Source: Candidatus Syntropharchaeum caldarium (GTDB taxonomy: Archaea > Halobacteriota > Syntropharchaeia > Syntropharchaeales > Syntropharchaeaceae). From it: 32,000 nucleotides of DNA. The notes beneath the pieces are model-generated. The model was not told where the DNA came from. It was given only the letters and a program-made list of their open reading frames with translations, and did not search any database. The translations under genes and the position numbers were made by a program. Location: the NCBI GenBank assembly GCA_001766815.1, contig LYOS01000002.1, positions 30,001-62,000 on the forward strand, given 5' to 3'. Positions 30,111-32,000 of the stretch are shown one piece after another (the first letter of the stretch is position 1; each line of letters starts with the position of its first letter).

Positions 30111-30986
30111 ATGATCGAAGTGAGGGAGTTGCGAAAGGAGTATGGCAAATTTGTAGCGGTTGAGGGTCTGGATTTTACGGTTGAAAAAGGCGAGATATTT
30201 GGTATTGTGGGCCCAAACGGGGCTGGAAAGACGACAACTCTCAAGATGATCTCAACACTCATCCAGCCAACCTCTGGAAAAGTGCGCATTGGAGGTTTTG
30301 ATGCGATTGATGATGAGATCGAGGTCAGGAAACGACTTGGTTTTCTGCCGGAAGAATCACCACTCTATGAAAACATGACGATCGATGGGTATCTCCTTTT
30401 TTTCTCAGAGCTTTATGGACTTGAACCAGAGGATGCACTTTTGAAAATAGATAAGCTACTGTCAATGCTTAATTTAGAGAACAATGGAAAGAGACTCGGT
30501 AATCTCTCGAAAGGAATGAAAAGAAAGGTCGTAATTGCAAGATCTCTCCTGAACGACCCTGATGTTTTGATCTATGATGAGCCAACATCTGGACTTGACC
30601 CAATGACCTCAAAGCAGATCATTGACTTCATTTATGAGATGAAACAGGAAGAGAAGACGATTGTTTTCAGTGCACACAATCTCTATCAGGTTGAGAAGAT
30701 CTGTGACAGAATTCTGATCATGAAAAATGGTAGATCAGTTGTTATCGGGACTGTTGACGAGATTAGAAAAAGATGGGGCGAGGAGAGCTATTTTGTGGAG
30801 TTTGTCTCCGCGAACCCTCCTCAGGGAGATCTCTGGCGTGAGAACGGACATTATAAAATGAAGTGCAGAGGTTCACACGAGATGAACGATGTGACGCGCT
30901 TCATACTGGAGCATGGGGGAGAGATCCTCAGGATAACGCCATACGAATCAACGCTCGAGGAGATCTTCATACGTGTTGTGGAGTAG
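30111..30986 (+). CDS. ABC transporter ATP-binding protein (ABC-2/CcmA-like)
   Basis: Walker A GPNGAGKTT, Q-loop, signature variant LSKGMKRKV, Walker B LIYDEPTSGLD and H-loop SAHN. No permease gene follows within the window. Confidence 0.9.
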   Translation: MIEVRELRKEYGKFVAVEGLDFTVEKGEIFGIVGPNGAGKTTTLKMISTLIQPTSGKVRIGGFDAIDDEIEVRKRLGFLPEESPLYENMTIDGYLLFFSELYGLEPEDALLKIDKLLSMLNLENNGKRLGNLSKGMKRKVVIARSLLNDPDVLIYDEPTSGLDPMTSKQIIDFIYEMKQEEKTIVFSAHNLYQVEKICDRILIMKNGRSVVIGTVDEIRKRWGEESYFVEFVSANPPQGDLWRENGHYKMKCRGSHEMNDVTRFILEHGGEILRITPYESTLEEIFIRVVE

Positions 30987-30997
30987 ATGTAACACCA

Positions 30998-32000
30998 TCA
31001 GGCTTGCTGTTCAAGTAGTGCTATCGCAAAAGTAATCATATTCTTGTACTGATCATCCACCCGCTCTTTTGCATCACGCAGAGCGTCGATAACACTTTTA
31101 TCCCCCAGATACCCAAGTGCAACCGCTGCACCACCAGTAAGATCCCCATCCTCTGAGTTTAGAAGCTCAGTGAGCAGATCACGGGCGCCTTCAACGCCTT
31201 TCATCTGTGCGAGACAGTTGAATAGAATCACTGCCCTGTTTCTTCTATTATAAGATTCTGAACTTGTGAGTTCCTCTTTCAGGAATGGAAGCATGTCTTC
31301 GCCTGATTCAACAATTTTATCCACAAACGCACCGATGACAGCCTCATCAAAGACTTTGATTCCGTCGATCATAACCCTTTTAGATGAGTCACCACCGATC
31401 TTTGAAAGGATCTCAGGTGCATCCAGTGAAATTGGATCACCGCGCAGGATGGCAGATCGAAGATATGGTATCGCATCCTCGCCGAGCTCAACGATCTCAT
31501 CAACTTCACCGCCCGCAACGATCGCGCAAAGATCAGAGTCCGTGTCAACAGTGCCTGCTGATTCAAGTGCCATGATCTCATTCACGCGCCATATCAGGTT
31601 ATCAAACTCCTCTCGATTAAGATATCTGGTCTCTGGATCACCAGCATGCTCATTATATTTTATTGCGAGTTCTACTCCCTCTTCTGCGAGTTTTAAAGCC
31701 TCATCATAGGTGCCGGTCTTTATCATGCCCTCGATCAGTTTTGCACGGCTTAAAAGATCCTCTGGGTAGCGTGATGCGATCTTACCCCCAACCTCGATAA
31801 GCTCATCAACCCGGTTCTCCCGGTCAAAGAATGCCATGAGATTTACAAGGGCTGAATAATCGTCTGGATTAACCTCCAGAACCTCCTTAAATTCTTTCTC
31901 AGGATCTTTTACCTCCACATATCCTGCAACAAGGTAATCAGCGAGCCTATCAAAGATCTCTTCCCCTCTTGCCTCTTCTACAATTGAGATTGCACGCTCA
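30998..32000 (-). CDS. HEAT/TPR-like repeat protein, possibly 5'-incomplete
   Basis: C-terminal PBS-lyase/HEAT-like repeats (AAVALGYLGDKSVIDALRDA; AILRGDPISLDAPEILSKIGG). The track start is a GTG at 31918. I translated 31919-31999 in the same frame (...ERAISIVEEARGEEIFDRLADYLVAGY) and found no stop, so the gene may begin beyond the window. Confidence 0.7.
   Translation of the reverse strand, partial: ERAISIVEEARGEEIFDRLADYLVAGYVEVKDPEKEFKEVLEVNPDDYSALVNLMAFFDRENRVDELIEVGGKIASRYPEDLLSRAKLIEGMIKTGTYDEALKLAEEGVELAIKYNEHAGDPETRYLNREEFDNLIWRVNEIMALESAGTVDTDSDLCAIVAGGEVDEIVELGEDAIPYLRSAILRGDPISLDAPEILSKIGGDSSKRVMIDGIKVFDEAVIGAFVDKIVESGEDMLPFLKEELTSSESYNRRNRAVILFNCLAQMKGVEGARDLLTELLNSEDGDLTGGAAVALGYLGDKSVIDALRDAKERVDDQYKNMITFAIALLEQQA

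Noticed and set aside
1-32000. A search for CRISPR arrays, tRNA/rRNA genes, IS elements with terminal inverted repeats, and integrase or att sites flanking the island.
   Set aside because: Reading the intergenic regions, I saw no regularly spaced direct repeats, no cloverleaf-compatible sequence, and no transposase- or integrase-like ORF. The left island boundary lies outside the window, so att-site duplication cannot be assessed.

Overview
This window looks like a euryarchaeal chromosome segment, probably methanogen or Methanosarcinales-like. The evidence is Rpo11/RpoL, exosome Csl4, archaeal SepF, a 'YYY' DUF2298 membrane protein, tungsten-type AOR, and asd clustered with aroD. The lineage call is inference only.

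The window splits in two. (A) nt 1 to about 7400 is an accessory, defence-island-like region. It holds a tightly coupled five-gene plus-strand operon: a 5'-truncated large protein, a minimal 304-aa PglZ, an 864-aa DUF1156/COG1743 Zn-ribbon adenine methyltransferase, a 131-aa unknown protein and a HerA/DUF87-type ATPase. Next come a VapB-like fusion protein, a coupled 58-aa ORF, about 400 bp with no credible gene, and a 51-aa AbrB/MazE-type ORF that the ORF track misses. The operon has BREX-type-3-like domain content but a non-canonical gene set, and it is the best candidate for an undescribed variant system. The methylase contains a roughly 1.4 kb AT-rich block (about 25-32% GC in hand-counted 60-nt lines, against 42-55% in the flanks), which suggests a mosaic or swapped specificity region.

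(B) nt 7400-32000 is mostly housekeeping genes packed very tightly:
- phosphoesterase and DEAD-box helicase
- two Lrp/AsnC regulators
- rpoL-csl4
- a radical-SAM / CitG-like / DUF2298 operon
- polyprenyl synthase and RNase HII
- an AI-2E permease / ADP-ribosylglycohydrolase / MoaB cluster
- a three-domain surface protein
- an APC permease fused to tandem USP domains
- SepF and a ZPR1-like protein lacking its zinc ribbon
- AOR with a 4-cluster Fe-S partner
- an asd-lrp-aminotransferase-aroD operon
- an ABC ATPase and a HEAT-repeat protein

I found no rRNA, tRNA, CRISPR array or IS element. All family assignments come from motif reading by eye, not from searches.
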